Shown here piece after piece: positions 49,928 to 59,503 of a stretch of 64,000 bases of DNA (position 1 is its first letter; each line of letters begins with the position of its first letter). The notes under the pieces were generated by a model, which was not told the origin of the DNA, ran no database searches, and was given only the letters and a program-made list of their open reading frames with translations. The DNA is from an uncultured Fibrobacteria bacterium (lineage in GTDB: Bacteria > Fibrobacterota > Fibrobacteria > UBA11236), in contig OY970309.1 in NCBI GenBank assembly GCA_963716395.1, positions 2,816,001-2,880,000 on the forward strand. Direction: 5' to 3'. A program made the translations under genes and the position numbers.

Positions 49928-50935
49928 ATGAAGGCAATGATGCGGATTTTGGGAGTCGGCGTACTCATTTCAGCCGGGCTGCTGGGATGCAAATCCGCGC
50001 AGGAGTCGGCCGGCGATAAATTTTTGCAGGCCGGCAATCCGGTCAATGCCGTGGTGCAATACAGCAACGCGCTGAGCGCGGGAAAGGTTTCCAGCGACTT
50101 CTATCCCAATTACATCCAGGCCTATATTCAGGTTTTGAGCCTGCGCTCTGACGAAGATCCCGGTGCCCAAATCATCAACGATCTGCAAGACACGATTTCA
50201 TTGCTTCTGAAGCAGAACCCGAATCCCACCGAAGAATCCGATTTCGCCAACGTGTTGTTCGACATAGGCCAGAAGCGGCTCAAGTTGGGAACGCCGGAAG
50301 GGGAAGAAGGCGCGTTTGAATTTTTTCGCACGGCCGACTCGCTGCAAAACAAGCCGGCGGATCTCGATTCCAAGATTGCGGCCGTCCAAGACGCCTATGT
50401 CACGGCCAAGCTGAAGGAGATCAAAGGGGATTTGGATCAGGTTACCAAAGACGATCCGCAACCCGGAATCGTGGCCGATTACAAGATGAATGAACTGAAA
50501 TTGGCGGTGGGCACCGAAACCCCGGCCATGAAAGCCTTGTGGTCCAAGATCCGGCAGCAGAATCTGAGCACCTATCTGATGTATGACGAAGAAGGGTTGT
50601 TGGATCAGGTGGATGCGCGCATCAATAAGTACGGCACCCTGATCGGGATCGTGAAATACGTGCCGGGACCCAATGTCAGGTTGCAACTCAAGGTTTGGAA
50701 CGGCTCCTCGGGGCCGCTGGACTTTGACGGAGCCGATTTTCACCTGGTCGATACCAGCGGCCGTGCCTACGCCCCCGTTGCGGTCCTCGGAGCTTTCAAA
50801 AAGAAATCCGACGTGCCCCGCGGCCAGGAATCGAAAACCGGCGGTTTGAATTTCAAGCTACCCGCCGGTGTCAAGGCCGATTATCTCGAACTCAAGGTGC
50901 CCGACGGGCGGGTAACTCGCAAGTATCTGCCGTAA
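49928..50935 (+). CDS. Hypothetical lipoprotein (helical N-terminus, beta-sandwich C-terminus)
   Basis: Lipobox LLGC; AAGGA RBS; C-terminal DFHLVDTSGRAY pattern like DUF4352-type domains. Confidence 0.75.
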   Translation: MKAMMRILGVGVLISAGLLGCKSAQESAGDKFLQAGNPVNAVVQYSNALSAGKVSSDFYPNYIQAYIQVLSLRSDEDPGAQIINDLQDTISLLLKQNPNPTEESDFANVLFDIGQKRLKLGTPEGEEGAFEFFRTADSLQNKPADLDSKIAAVQDAYVTAKLKEIKGDLDQVTKDDPQPGIVADYKMNELKLAVGTETPAMKALWSKIRQQNLSTYLMYDEEGLLDQVDARINKYGTLIGIVKYVPGPNVRLQLKVWNGSSGPLDFDGADFHLVDTSGRAYAPVAVLGAFKKKSDVPRGQESKTGGLNFKLPAGVKADYLELKVPDGRVTRKYLP

Positions 50936-51014
50936 GTTTGCTCCAGCCGGATGATGGGGCGACGGGGCGGGCGGGCACCTCCGTTCCCCCCGGCCTTTTA
51001 TTCCTCTTGGGTCT

Positions 51015-51063
51015 AATACCCCGTTCGCCTGAGGTCCGCCTTAGGCGGACGCGGTAGTTCATT
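51015..51063. repeat. Palindromic REP/MITE-like element with nested 17-bp palindrome
   Basis: AATACCCCG...CGCGGTAGTTCATT outer arms enclosing GTCCGCC-TTA-GGCGGAC. Confidence 0.5.
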
Positions 51064-51081
51064 CCGGGTATCTTAGCTCTG

Positions 51082-52092
51082 ATGCGCCTCTTCGACATTT
51101 ACTGGCGGCTGATCGGATTGCCCCTCTCCCGCTGCAAAGGGGCGGTCACCGACGCCATTCCGTTTTCCTTGGTCGAAGCGTCTATCTGGTTCGGCGGGGC
51201 CATGACTTTGTTGTGGCTCGCTTCCTGGTTTTCTCCGTTTAAAGCGCGCCTTCGGCGCGGCCGGCGGTGGTTTTTGATCCTGGGTCCCCTCTTTCTGGCG
51301 GTGCTGGGAATGGGCCAAGGCGCTTTTCCCTTGAGTCTGGCGCCTTCGTCCTGGCGCACTTCGATTCCCCGCCGCTTGGGCAGCGACAGTTTGGGTTTGC
51401 CCCAATTTCAGGCTTGGGTGCATGAGCGCGAAGCCAATCTCCGGAAAAATTTCAACTGGGACGCCTATCAAAGTTTGACCGAAGCGGACGTGCAATCGGC
51501 TTGCGACACCAGTCTCGATACGGTATTGCGCGATCTGGGACTGCCCCCGGGCCGGCATGTGCGCACCATCAAAGCCATGGGTCCTTTGACCACGGACATG
51601 GGGCTCATTTACGGCGGCCCGGCTTTTCACGATCCCTTTTTCGGAGAATTGGCCATGGTGCATGATGCCGACGAACCCAGTCCGCATTACTGGCGGCTGA
51701 TCGCCGCCTGCCATGAAACCGCGCATGCCAAAGGCTTTACCCGCGAAATCGACGCCGAAGTCTTGACGCAATTGGCCCTGGAACGAATTTCCCATCCGCG
51801 GTATCAGGCTTTGGCCGACATCCATTTTCTGCGCAAAACCGGAATGAAAATTTCCTGGCCCGACAGTTTGGTGGCCGAAAGCAAACGGGTGCGCGCCCGG
51901 TGGCTCGAGGTGGAAAAGCATCAACCCGTGATTTCGTTTTTCCGGAAATGGATCGATCGCTGGCATTTGGAAAACTCGGGAGGCAAATACGGCGATCGCA
52001 AACCCCACCAGGCTTGGAACCCGCACCAGCCGTTCTTCGCCACCATCCACCGCCTGCAAACGCGGGTGGCGCCGCCGGATCGGCTGCCCTGA
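51082..52092 (+). CDS. DUF3810-like membrane zinc metallopeptidase
   Basis: IPFSLVE, two TM helices, DPFFGE, CHETAHAKGFTREIDAE (HExxH...E). Confidence 0.8.
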   Translation: MRLFDIYWRLIGLPLSRCKGAVTDAIPFSLVEASIWFGGAMTLLWLASWFSPFKARLRRGRRWFLILGPLFLAVLGMGQGAFPLSLAPSSWRTSIPRRLGSDSLGLPQFQAWVHEREANLRKNFNWDAYQSLTEADVQSACDTSLDTVLRDLGLPPGRHVRTIKAMGPLTTDMGLIYGGPAFHDPFFGELAMVHDADEPSPHYWRLIAACHETAHAKGFTREIDAEVLTQLALERISHPRYQALADIHFLRKTGMKISWPDSLVAESKRVRARWLEVEKHQPVISFFRKWIDRWHLENSGGKYGDRKPHQAWNPHQPFFATIHRLQTRVAPPDRLP

Positions 52093-52104
52093 GGGCTTGG
52101 TCGC

Positions 52105-52422
52105 ATGACCCGTCGCGCCCGGCAAAAACCGCATCGGCCGCCGCCGGCCCCATTGTCGATGCCGGTTATCGACGAAGAATTGGACCTGCACGGGATGTCG
52201 GTGGATGAAGCTCTGGCGGCCGTAGACCAGTTGCTGCGGCGACATCGGGGTCGGACGGGAGCGGTGCTGCGCATCATCCACGGCCATTCCAACGGCGCGC
52301 CCGACTCCATCCGCCGCCGCGTTCGTTATGCTCTGGACACGGTTTGGCGGCGCCATGTGAAACGCTACCGTTACGATTTACACAATCCGGGTTCCACCCT
52401 CTTGGAGGTTTCGGGGCTGTAA
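52105..52422 (+). CDS. Stand-alone Smr domain protein
   Basis: ELDLHGMSVDEA, RIIHG, NPGSTLL. Confidence 0.88.
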   Translation: MTRRARQKPHRPPPAPLSMPVIDEELDLHGMSVDEALAAVDQLLRRHRGRTGAVLRIIHGHSNGAPDSIRRRVRYALDTVWRRHVKRYRYDLHNPGSTLLEVSGL

Positions 52423-52560
52423 AAACGGCGCGGCCTTTTGCCGCCCGGGCCGCTGCGAAAAGATGGCAGCCGCGGCGGTGGCGTCGAAAGGCTTGACCCC
52501 TGCGCCTCCATGGTTCTACCGTTGTGGGTCGGCGCGCAAACCTGGGAGAAACATTCGAAT

Positions 52561-53937
52561 ATGAGCGACAAAAAAAACATTCTGTGCATCGGCGCGGGCT
52601 ATGTAGGGGGGCCGACCATGACCATGATCGCCCGTCAATGCCCCGAGCATCTGGTTACCGTGGTCGACGTCAACAAGGCCCGCATCGACGCCTGGAACAG
52701 CGACCGTATTCCCATTTACGAACCCGGTCTCGACGAACTGGTGCGGGAGGCGCGCGGTAAAAACTTGTTCTTCTCCACCGACGTCGACGCCGGTATCCGC
52801 GCCGCCGACATCATTTTCGTATCGGTGAACACGCCCACCAAAACCTTCGGCCAGGGCGCGGGGCGCGCTGCCGACCTGCAGTATTGGGAAAAGACGGCGC
52901 GCCAGATCCTGGCCAATTCCGACTCCTCCAAGATCATCGTGGAAAAGTCGACCCTGCCGGTGCGCACGGCCGAAGCCATGGAGCGTATCCTCAACGCCAA
53001 TGAACGCGGCGTCCGCTTCGAGGTGGTCTCCAATCCCGAATTTCTGGCCGAAGGCAGCGCCATGCGGGATTTGGAAAATCCCGATCGCGTGCTGGTGGGC
53101 TCGCGCGAAACCCCGTCGGGCGTCGCCGCGCGCCGGACCATCGTGGATTTGTACGCGCATTGGGTGCCGCGCGCCAAAATCCTGGAGTCGAATGTGTGGA
53201 GCGCCGAGCTTTCCAAGTTGACGGCCAACGCTTTTCTGGCCCAGCGCATTTCCTCGATCAACAGCATTTCGGCCTTGTGCGAGCGCACCGAAGCCGACGT
53301 GGGCGAAGTGGCCTTCGCCATCGGCACCGACAGCCGCATCGGTCCGAAGTTCCTCAAAGCCAGTGTGGGTTTCGGCGGTTCCTGTTTTCAAAAAGACATC
53401 CTGAACCTGGTGTACATCTGCCAATCCTATGGATTGCACGAGGTGGCCGATTATTGGGAATCGGTGGTGCGTATCAACCAATGGCAGCAGCAGCGTTTCG
53501 TGCAAACCATGTTGGCCAATATGTTCAATACCGTGGCCGGCAAGCGCATCGCCTTGCTGGGCTTTGCCTTCAAAGCCGATACCGGCGACACGCGCGAATC
53601 GCCCGCCATTTCGGTGACGCGCGGCCTGTTGGAAGAGCGGGCCCAAGTGGTCATTCACGACCCCAAGGCGCTCGACAACGCCCGCGCCGAACTCGGCCCT
53701 TCCGCCGCCGGGGTGGAGTTCGAATCCGACCCCTATCGCGCCGCCCAGGGCGCGCATGCCCTGGCCGTTCTCACCGAGTGGAAGGAATACACGACGCTCG
53801 ATTATGCGCGCATTTTCGCGGGCATGCGGCAGCCGGCCTTTATTTTCGACGGACGCAACATCCTCGATCACCAAAAATTGTTCGACCTGGGGTTCAACGT
53901 ATTTGCCATCGGCAAAACGCCGCGCAAGCATTTTTAA
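52561..53937 (+). CDS. ugd: UDP-glucose 6-dehydrogenase
   Basis: IGAGYVGGPT, VEKSTLPV, SNPEFLAEG, GFGGSCFQKD, FKADTGDTRES. Confidence 0.96.
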   Translation: MSDKKNILCIGAGYVGGPTMTMIARQCPEHLVTVVDVNKARIDAWNSDRIPIYEPGLDELVREARGKNLFFSTDVDAGIRAADIIFVSVNTPTKTFGQGAGRAADLQYWEKTARQILANSDSSKIIVEKSTLPVRTAEAMERILNANERGVRFEVVSNPEFLAEGSAMRDLENPDRVLVGSRETPSGVAARRTIVDLYAHWVPRAKILESNVWSAELSKLTANAFLAQRISSINSISALCERTEADVGEVAFAIGTDSRIGPKFLKASVGFGGSCFQKDILNLVYICQSYGLHEVADYWESVVRINQWQQQRFVQTMLANMFNTVAGKRIALLGFAFKADTGDTRESPAISVTRGLLEERAQVVIHDPKALDNARAELGPSAAGVEFESDPYRAAQGAHALAVLTEWKEYTTLDYARIFAGMRQPAFIFDGRNILDHQKLFDLGFNVFAIGKTPRKHF

Positions 53938-54036
53938 ATGCCGGACCGATTATTAGAGGCACTCTATAATTGAAGCCACCGATTCGCCCACGTTGGAAGA
54001 TGATCCAGGCGCAGCGGAAAGCCCTATGGTGAACAG

Positions 54037-54921
54037 ATGTCCGCGGGGGGAGGGTTGAGGGTGAGACGCCGAAATTGGGTTGCCGGCATTTTCGGCTTGG
54101 GTCTGGGTGTTTCGGTTCACGGAGATCCGGTGTACGATTTGCATCCGGCGGTGGATTACCCGGTGCTGGCCGCGGGATCGGTGGCGGGGCTCTCCCTGCT
54201 GGGCGCGGAGTGGTCCCGGCGCCATGACACCATTTCTCTCGACATGTACCGACGCGGTGATCTTCCGGCTTTCGACGCCTGGGCCGCGGGAAATTATTCC
54301 CCCGTCGCCTCCAATATCAGCACGGTGCTGGCGGCGCTGGAAGTAGCCGCTCCGGCCTTGGCGGATGGTACCGGTTTTTTCCGCAACACGTTGCCTTTTG
54401 AGGAAGCCTGGACCGACATGGTCTTGTACGGAGAGGCGCTGTCGTATTCCTGCGCTCTCAGCGTGGCCTTTAAATTCTTCGCCGTCCACCCGCGTCCGCT
54501 CTACTTCAACGGCCAGGCACCCTTGTCCACACGCACGGCCTGGGACACGCGCAGCAGTTTTTTTTCGACCCACACCACCGCCGCCTTTGCGGCCGCCGTG
54601 TTCGGCAGCACCACCTTTCAAGCGCGCCATCCCGACTCTCCGCTGGTGCCCTGGATATGGGGCGGAGCGTTGAGCGCCGCAACCGCGGTGGCCGCTTTGC
54701 GGGTGGCTTCAGGCGAACACTACCCATCAGACGTGGTGGTGGGCGCGGCCGTGGGATCGCTATGCGGATATTTGGTTCCGCTCTGGCATCGGCATCGTGC
54801 GGACGCACCCAAAGCCGGTTCTTCCGAAACCGGCCAAGGGTTCTTTTCCCATCCCGACTTGGCATTGCAAACCGCGCCCGACGGATTTTCTCCCATGCTG
54901 GTCTTCCAACTACGGAATTAA
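54037..54921 (+). CDS. PAP2-family phosphatase
   Basis: KxxxxxxRP, SFFSTHT, RVASGEHYPSDV motifs; start uncertain. Confidence 0.88.
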   Translation: MSAGGGLRVRRRNWVAGIFGLGLGVSVHGDPVYDLHPAVDYPVLAAGSVAGLSLLGAEWSRRHDTISLDMYRRGDLPAFDAWAAGNYSPVASNISTVLAALEVAAPALADGTGFFRNTLPFEEAWTDMVLYGEALSYSCALSVAFKFFAVHPRPLYFNGQAPLSTRTAWDTRSSFFSTHTTAAFAAAVFGSTTFQARHPDSPLVPWIWGGALSAATAVAALRVASGEHYPSDVVVGAAVGSLCGYLVPLWHRHRADAPKAGSSETGQGFFSHPDLALQTAPDGFSPMLVFQLRN

Positions 54922-54969
54922 CTTCACCGCCTACGCGTGTCGCCGCTTCGTTTCCACCCCGGGGGTTCT

Positions 54970-56007
54970 ATGTCCGCATCGCTTTTCGCCTTCTGCTGCG
55001 TCTTGGGTTTCGGTTTCGCCGCCTCGGCCGCGGTTCCGGAGGCGGCGCAATACCGCATCGCGCACCGTTTTCAAGTTCCCGGCGACGAAGGCTGGGATTG
55101 CCTGGCGGCCGACTCCGCCACCCAACATCTGTTCGTGTCGCATGGGAATTGCGTGCAGGTGATCGATGAAAACAGCGGCCACCTCATCGGAACCATTGCG
55201 AACCTGGGGCATGTGCATAGCATTGCCTTGGCGCCGGCTTTGGGCAAGGGATTCATCACCGATGGAAAAGATTCGCAAGCGGTGGTGATCGATTTGCATT
55301 CGCTGCAAATCCTGGCCAAGGTGAAGACCACGGGAGCCAATCCTGACCTCGCGGTGTTCGACGAATATTCCGGCCGGGTGTTCGTCTGCAACGGCAAAAG
55401 CGCGAATGCCACGGTTATCGACGCCAAAACCGATCGCGTGGTGGGGACCATTCCGCTGCACGGCAAGCCGGAGTTCGCGGTGTCCAACGGCCTAGGCCGA
55501 GTTTTCGTGAACCTGGAAGATCAGAGCAAGCTCGCCGTGATCGACGTGACCACCCTCCAGGTGATCCACACTTGGCCGATTGCCCCGGGTCAAAGCCCGA
55601 GCGGCCTGGCGTTGGATCGAAAACACCACCGGCTTTTCCTCGGCTGCGACAACCGGATGATGGTTGTACTCGGCGCGCAATCGGGAAAAGTCGTCGCGAC
55701 CTTGCCTATCGGAGAACATGTCGACGGCGTCGACTTTGATCCGGTGTTACAGCGCGCCTACAGTTCCAACGGCGACGGCACTTTAACGGTGGTGCAGGAA
55801 GTCAGTCCCGACAGTTTTTTCGTGCGGGAAAATGCGCTCACGCAAAAAGGGGCGCGCACTTCGACGGTCGACTTAAAAACCCATCACCTGTTTCTGCCCA
55901 CGGCGGATTTCGGCGCCACACCGCCGCCCACGGCGGAACATCCGCATCCCCACCCCGCCATCGTACCCGGCACCTTTATTGTGCTGGACGTGGCGCCGGC
56001 GGAATAG
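54970..56007 (+). CDS. YncE-family exported beta-propeller protein
   Basis: Signal peptide, GDEGWD start, repeated VID..T..V..TI blades, GART. Confidence 0.88.
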   Translation: MSASLFAFCCVLGFGFAASAAVPEAAQYRIAHRFQVPGDEGWDCLAADSATQHLFVSHGNCVQVIDENSGHLIGTIANLGHVHSIALAPALGKGFITDGKDSQAVVIDLHSLQILAKVKTTGANPDLAVFDEYSGRVFVCNGKSANATVIDAKTDRVVGTIPLHGKPEFAVSNGLGRVFVNLEDQSKLAVIDVTTLQVIHTWPIAPGQSPSGLALDRKHHRLFLGCDNRMMVVLGAQSGKVVATLPIGEHVDGVDFDPVLQRAYSSNGDGTLTVVQEVSPDSFFVRENALTQKGARTSTVDLKTHHLFLPTADFGATPPPTAEHPHPHPAIVPGTFIVLDVAPAE

Positions 56008-56031
56008 CGACGGAGCCGCCGCTACGGCGGT

Positions 56032-57141
56032 TTACATCACCACCAATTCGGCGTTGAGCGCCCCGGCTTCTTTGATGGCCTCGAAAATGGCGATGATATC
56101 GCGCGGGGTCACGCCCAGGGTGTTCAGCGATTTGGCCAGATCGGTGACGCTGGTCGATGCCGGCATGACGCGCATTTCGGCCTTGCCTTCGTCGGTGTGA
56201 ATGTTTTCGCTGACATTGGTGGCGCTTTGCTGCGTGACGGCCCCGGGTGCGGCAGCGGTTTGCAATTGCGTTTGCTGGTTCTGTTTGATCTCCACGGTGA
56301 TATTGCCGTGGGCCACGGCCACTTCGGAGATGGTGACATCGCCGCCCGCGATCACCGTGCCGGTTTTCTCATTGAGAACGACCTTGGCCACATGCGAAGG
56401 CGTGAAGTCGAGGTTTTCCACACCCGCCACGAATTCCATGATGCGGCCGCGCCAATTCTGCGGAACCTGAATGCTCACGGTGGCCGGGTCATTGGCTTGC
56501 GCGGCCTGCGCGCCGAATTTCTGATCGATGGCTTTGGCCATGGAAACGGCCGAAGTAAAATCGGGCGATTCCAGATCGAGCCGCACCATCGCGGTGTCCA
56601 AACCCTCGTGGGCCGCCTCTTTTTCCACCAAACCTCCGCCGGGAATGTCGCCGACCATGGGATGGTTGCGCGTATAGCTGGCCAGCCCCAGGTTTCCCTC
56701 GCGCGCCATGCCGCCGATGCTGAGCGGCCCCTGCGCCTGGGCATAGACCTCGCCGTCAGGCCCCTGCAGCGGGGTTAAGAGCAAGGTTCCGCCTTCGAGG
56801 CTCTTGGCGTCGCCCATGCTCGACACGGTGACGTCGATGGTCGCGCCCTCCTTGAGATAGGGCGAAAGCGTACCGGTGACCATGACGGCCGCGGCGTTGC
56901 GCACCTGCAATTGCAAGGAACTGGCGGGCATTTCGATGCCCATGTTGCGTAGCAGGTTGATCACGCTTTGGGTGGTGAATTTCGTCAAGGGACCGTCGCC
57001 GGTGCCGCGCAGACCCACCACCATGCCGTAGCCGATGAGCTGCACTTCGGCCGGCCCCTGCACGTGCGCCACGTCTTTGATGCGCGTGGCCTGCGCCGTT
57101 GCCGCCAAGAGGAGAGACAGGATAAAGATGCGGACGCGCAT
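56032..57141 (-). CDS. flgI: Flagellar P-ring protein
   Basis: RIKD, LIGYGMVVGLRGTGD, SLEGGTLLLTPL, NEKTGTVI, AGALNAEL. Confidence 0.96.
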   Translation of the reverse strand: MRVRIFILSLLLAATAQATRIKDVAHVQGPAEVQLIGYGMVVGLRGTGDGPLTKFTTQSVINLLRNMGIEMPASSLQLQVRNAAAVMVTGTLSPYLKEGATIDVTVSSMGDAKSLEGGTLLLTPLQGPDGEVYAQAQGPLSIGGMAREGNLGLASYTRNHPMVGDIPGGGLVEKEAAHEGLDTAMVRLDLESPDFTSAVSMAKAIDQKFGAQAAQANDPATVSIQVPQNWRGRIMEFVAGVENLDFTPSHVAKVVLNEKTGTVIAGGDVTISEVAVAHGNITVEIKQNQQTQLQTAAAPGAVTQQSATNVSENIHTDEGKAEMRVMPASTSVTDLAKSLNTLGVTPRDIIAIFEAIKEAGALNAELVVM

Positions 57142-57152
57142 GCGCTTACTCC

Positions 57153-57737
57153 TTACAAGAGCCAATGCCAGAAGCGGGCCCACCATCCGGGTTTGGAACT
57201 GTTGGCCCCGTCGCCCTGGCCCGTGTATTCGATTCTCGCGTCGGCCAGCCGGGAACTGGCGATGGTGTTGTCCGAAGCGATGTCGTCGGGCCGGATCACG
57301 CCCGAGACGTCGAGGATTTCTTTTTCCCCGTTCACGTCGACTTCTTTGTGTCCTTCGATCAGCAGATTGCCGTTGTCGTAAATGGTTTTCACGCGCGCCG
57401 ATACCGTGGCCGACACCTGGCCGCTGCGCGAAGTGCTGCCCTGGCCGTCATACTCCTGATCCGATTGCATGCCCACGCCCAGGCCGGGAATGTGGTTCAG
57501 AACGGGCCCGGTGCCCGGCTGCAGCGACAGGGCCGTGCTCTGCTTTTCATTATTGTCGGTTTTGCTGTCGCGCGTGGCCTGGGCGTTTTCGTCGACCACC
57601 ACGGTGATCACGTCTTCGACGCGATGGGCCCGCTTGTCGGTATACAGGGATATGGGGCGGGCGGGATCGGCCGCCAACCAGGTAAAAGAAAATGTGATCC
57701 ATATTACAATTGTCAAAATAAACGAGGCGGTTTTCAT
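57153..57737 (-). CDS. flgH: Flagellar L-ring protein
   Basis: LYTDKRAHRVEDVITV, NGNLLIEGHK, GVIRPDDI..NTI.S..LADARIEY. Confidence 0.95.
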   Translation of the reverse strand: MKTASFILTIVIWITFSFTWLAADPARPISLYTDKRAHRVEDVITVVVDENAQATRDSKTDNNEKQSTALSLQPGTGPVLNHIPGLGVGMQSDQEYDGQGSTSRSGQVSATVSARVKTIYDNGNLLIEGHKEVDVNGEKEILDVSGVIRPDDIASDNTIASSRLADARIEYTGQGDGANSSKPGWWARFWHWLL

Positions 57738-58699
57738 GTACCTCCTTCGAGCACGGGCTCGAGGCTGCCGTCGTCGAGCACGCGGGCGCGCAGCAGACGG
57801 TGGGTTTCGGGTTGCCGCACGCTGATCACCTCGCCCGGCACGCCGTCTTGCCGGCAGACGACTTCGGTGGCGGCACGGATAACGCCGTACCGCACCACCA
57901 GCGGAGCCTGCTGCCCGCGATGCACCACCGGCGGCCAGGCTACGCAGGCCATGGTGAGGATTTCATCGGGGAGCAGCGGTCTTTTGGCCAGCATGCCCAG
58001 CACCTGGGTCGGGTCGGGCACGGCGCCGGGATGCAACGGGGTGGTCTCGCGCATTTCCAGGCGGGTGTTGGCGGTGCTGATGGGCTCATGGCGTTCGATG
58101 CGCCGCACCGCTACGCGCACCGGTTCATCCACGGTGAAATCGGCGGCCAGGGGATAGGTGCGCAGCAAAGAGCCACCCACTGAAATCGTAAGCGCCAGCG
58201 CGACCTGGCCCCGGTGTTTCCGGGTGGAAAAATCGAGGTCCATTTGATACGGGGTTTTGGGAACGGTGATCACCGGCGGCGTTCCGCTCCAGGTGAAATG
58301 CCATTGGCCGCCGGGAGCGGCGGGTTGGCGCGATAAGAATGCCAGGACACGCGCCGACAGGCTGTCTTGCGGCAAGGTGTCGGCGGCCGTGGTTACCGCC
58401 ACGCGGGTTTTGGGATTGCCCACCAGCAGGCGGCCAGGAAATCGGCTTTGCAAATGCAGCGCCACGGCTTCTCCGTCGACCCAGCGCGTGAGTCCGAAGT
58501 CGGCGGCCGGGCCGACGTTCAACGTATCGAGTTCTACCGTGAAATTTTTCGGCCCGCTGATCTCGGCGATTTGGCCCAGACGGATGGAGCCGCCCGCCAC
58601 CCGGACCTCGGGCAGAAAACGCACCGTGGCTACGGATTCTTCCGCCCCGCCGTGCACGGCACCGAACACCATCACCAAAACCCAGGCCGGGAAACGCAT
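57734..58699 (-). CDS. flgA: Flagellar P-ring chaperone FlgA
   Basis: Signal peptide, IRLGQIAEI N-domain, SAF-like domain, DGVPGEVISVR; position between flgG and flgH. Confidence 0.9.
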   Translation of the reverse strand: MRFPAWVLVMVFGAVHGGAEESVATVRFLPEVRVAGGSIRLGQIAEISGPKNFTVELDTLNVGPAADFGLTRWVDGEAVALHLQSRFPGRLLVGNPKTRVAVTTAADTLPQDSLSARVLAFLSRQPAAPGGQWHFTWSGTPPVITVPKTPYQMDLDFSTRKHRGQVALALTISVGGSLLRTYPLAADFTVDEPVRVAVRRIERHEPISTANTRLEMRETTPLHPGAVPDPTQVLGMLAKRPLLPDEILTMACVAWPPVVHRGQQAPLVVRYGVIRAATEVVCRQDGVPGEVISVRQPETHRLLRARVLDDGSLEPVLEGGT

Positions 58700-58701
58700 G
58701 G

Positions 58702-59490
58702 CTATCCCTTGAGCTGGTTGGCCATTTGCAGCATGCTGTCGGAGGTTTGAATGGCCTTGGCAGAAATCTCATAGGCGCGCTGGGCCACGATCATGTTGAC
58801 CATCTCTTCCACGAGTTGCACGTTGGAAGACTCGGTATATCCCTGGGAAACCGTGCCCAGGCCGTTCTGACCCGGCATGTCGACTTCGGGATCGCCCGTG
58901 GCCGGCGTGGCCGTGTACAGATTTTGCCCCATGCTGCTGAGCCCGCCTTCATTGACGAACTTGACGATTTGCATTTGACCGATCTCTTCCGTGGCGCCCG
59001 AGTCATTCAAAGTCACCGAGACCTTGCCGGTGCCGTCGATCGTGATATTGGTGGCGCCATCAGGAACCACCAGGGGCGGTTCGATGGGATAGCCCTGCGA
59101 CGTCACTATGGTTCCGTCGGCCGAGGTTTTGAAGGTGCCGGCGCGGGTATAGGCGATTTCGCCGCTGGGCAATTGCACCTGGAAAAAGCCGTCGCCTTGA
59201 ATGGCGAGGTCCAAGGGATTCGAAGTTTGCACCATTTCGCCCTGCGTGAAAATTTTTTCGTCGGCCGAGCTTTTGACGCCCAAGCCCACCTGGATGCCCG
59301 CCGGTGATTTGGCACCGTCGGCATTGCTGCCTCCGGGCGGCACCAAGGTCTGGTACATAAGGTCTTCGAATTCCAGCTTCGACTTCTTGAACCCCGTGGT
59401 GTTGACGTTGGAAAGGTTGTTGGAAATGTTGTCGACGTAGAGCTGGTTCGCTTGCATGCCGGTAGCGGCGGTGTAAAGGCTGCGTAACAT
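58702..59490 (-). CDS. flgG: Flagellar distal rod protein
   Basis: MLRSLYTAATGM, NNLSNVNTTGFK, FEDLMYQ, YTRAG, ESSNV..VEEMVNMI.AQRAYE. Confidence 0.97.
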   Translation of the reverse strand: MLRSLYTAATGMQANQLYVDNISNNLSNVNTTGFKKSKLEFEDLMYQTLVPPGGSNADGAKSPAGIQVGLGVKSSADEKIFTQGEMVQTSNPLDLAIQGDGFFQVQLPSGEIAYTRAGTFKTSADGTIVTSQGYPIEPPLVVPDGATNITIDGTGKVSVTLNDSGATEEIGQMQIVKFVNEGGLSSMGQNLYTATPATGDPEVDMPGQNGLGTVSQGYTESSNVQLVEEMVNMIVAQRAYEISAKAIQTSDSMLQMANQLKG

Positions 59491-59503
59491 GATTCCTCCC
59501 GGG

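Noticed and set aside
52516-53931. 471-aa antisense ORF over ugd
   Set aside because: Same shadow effect; no independent RBS or motif evidence
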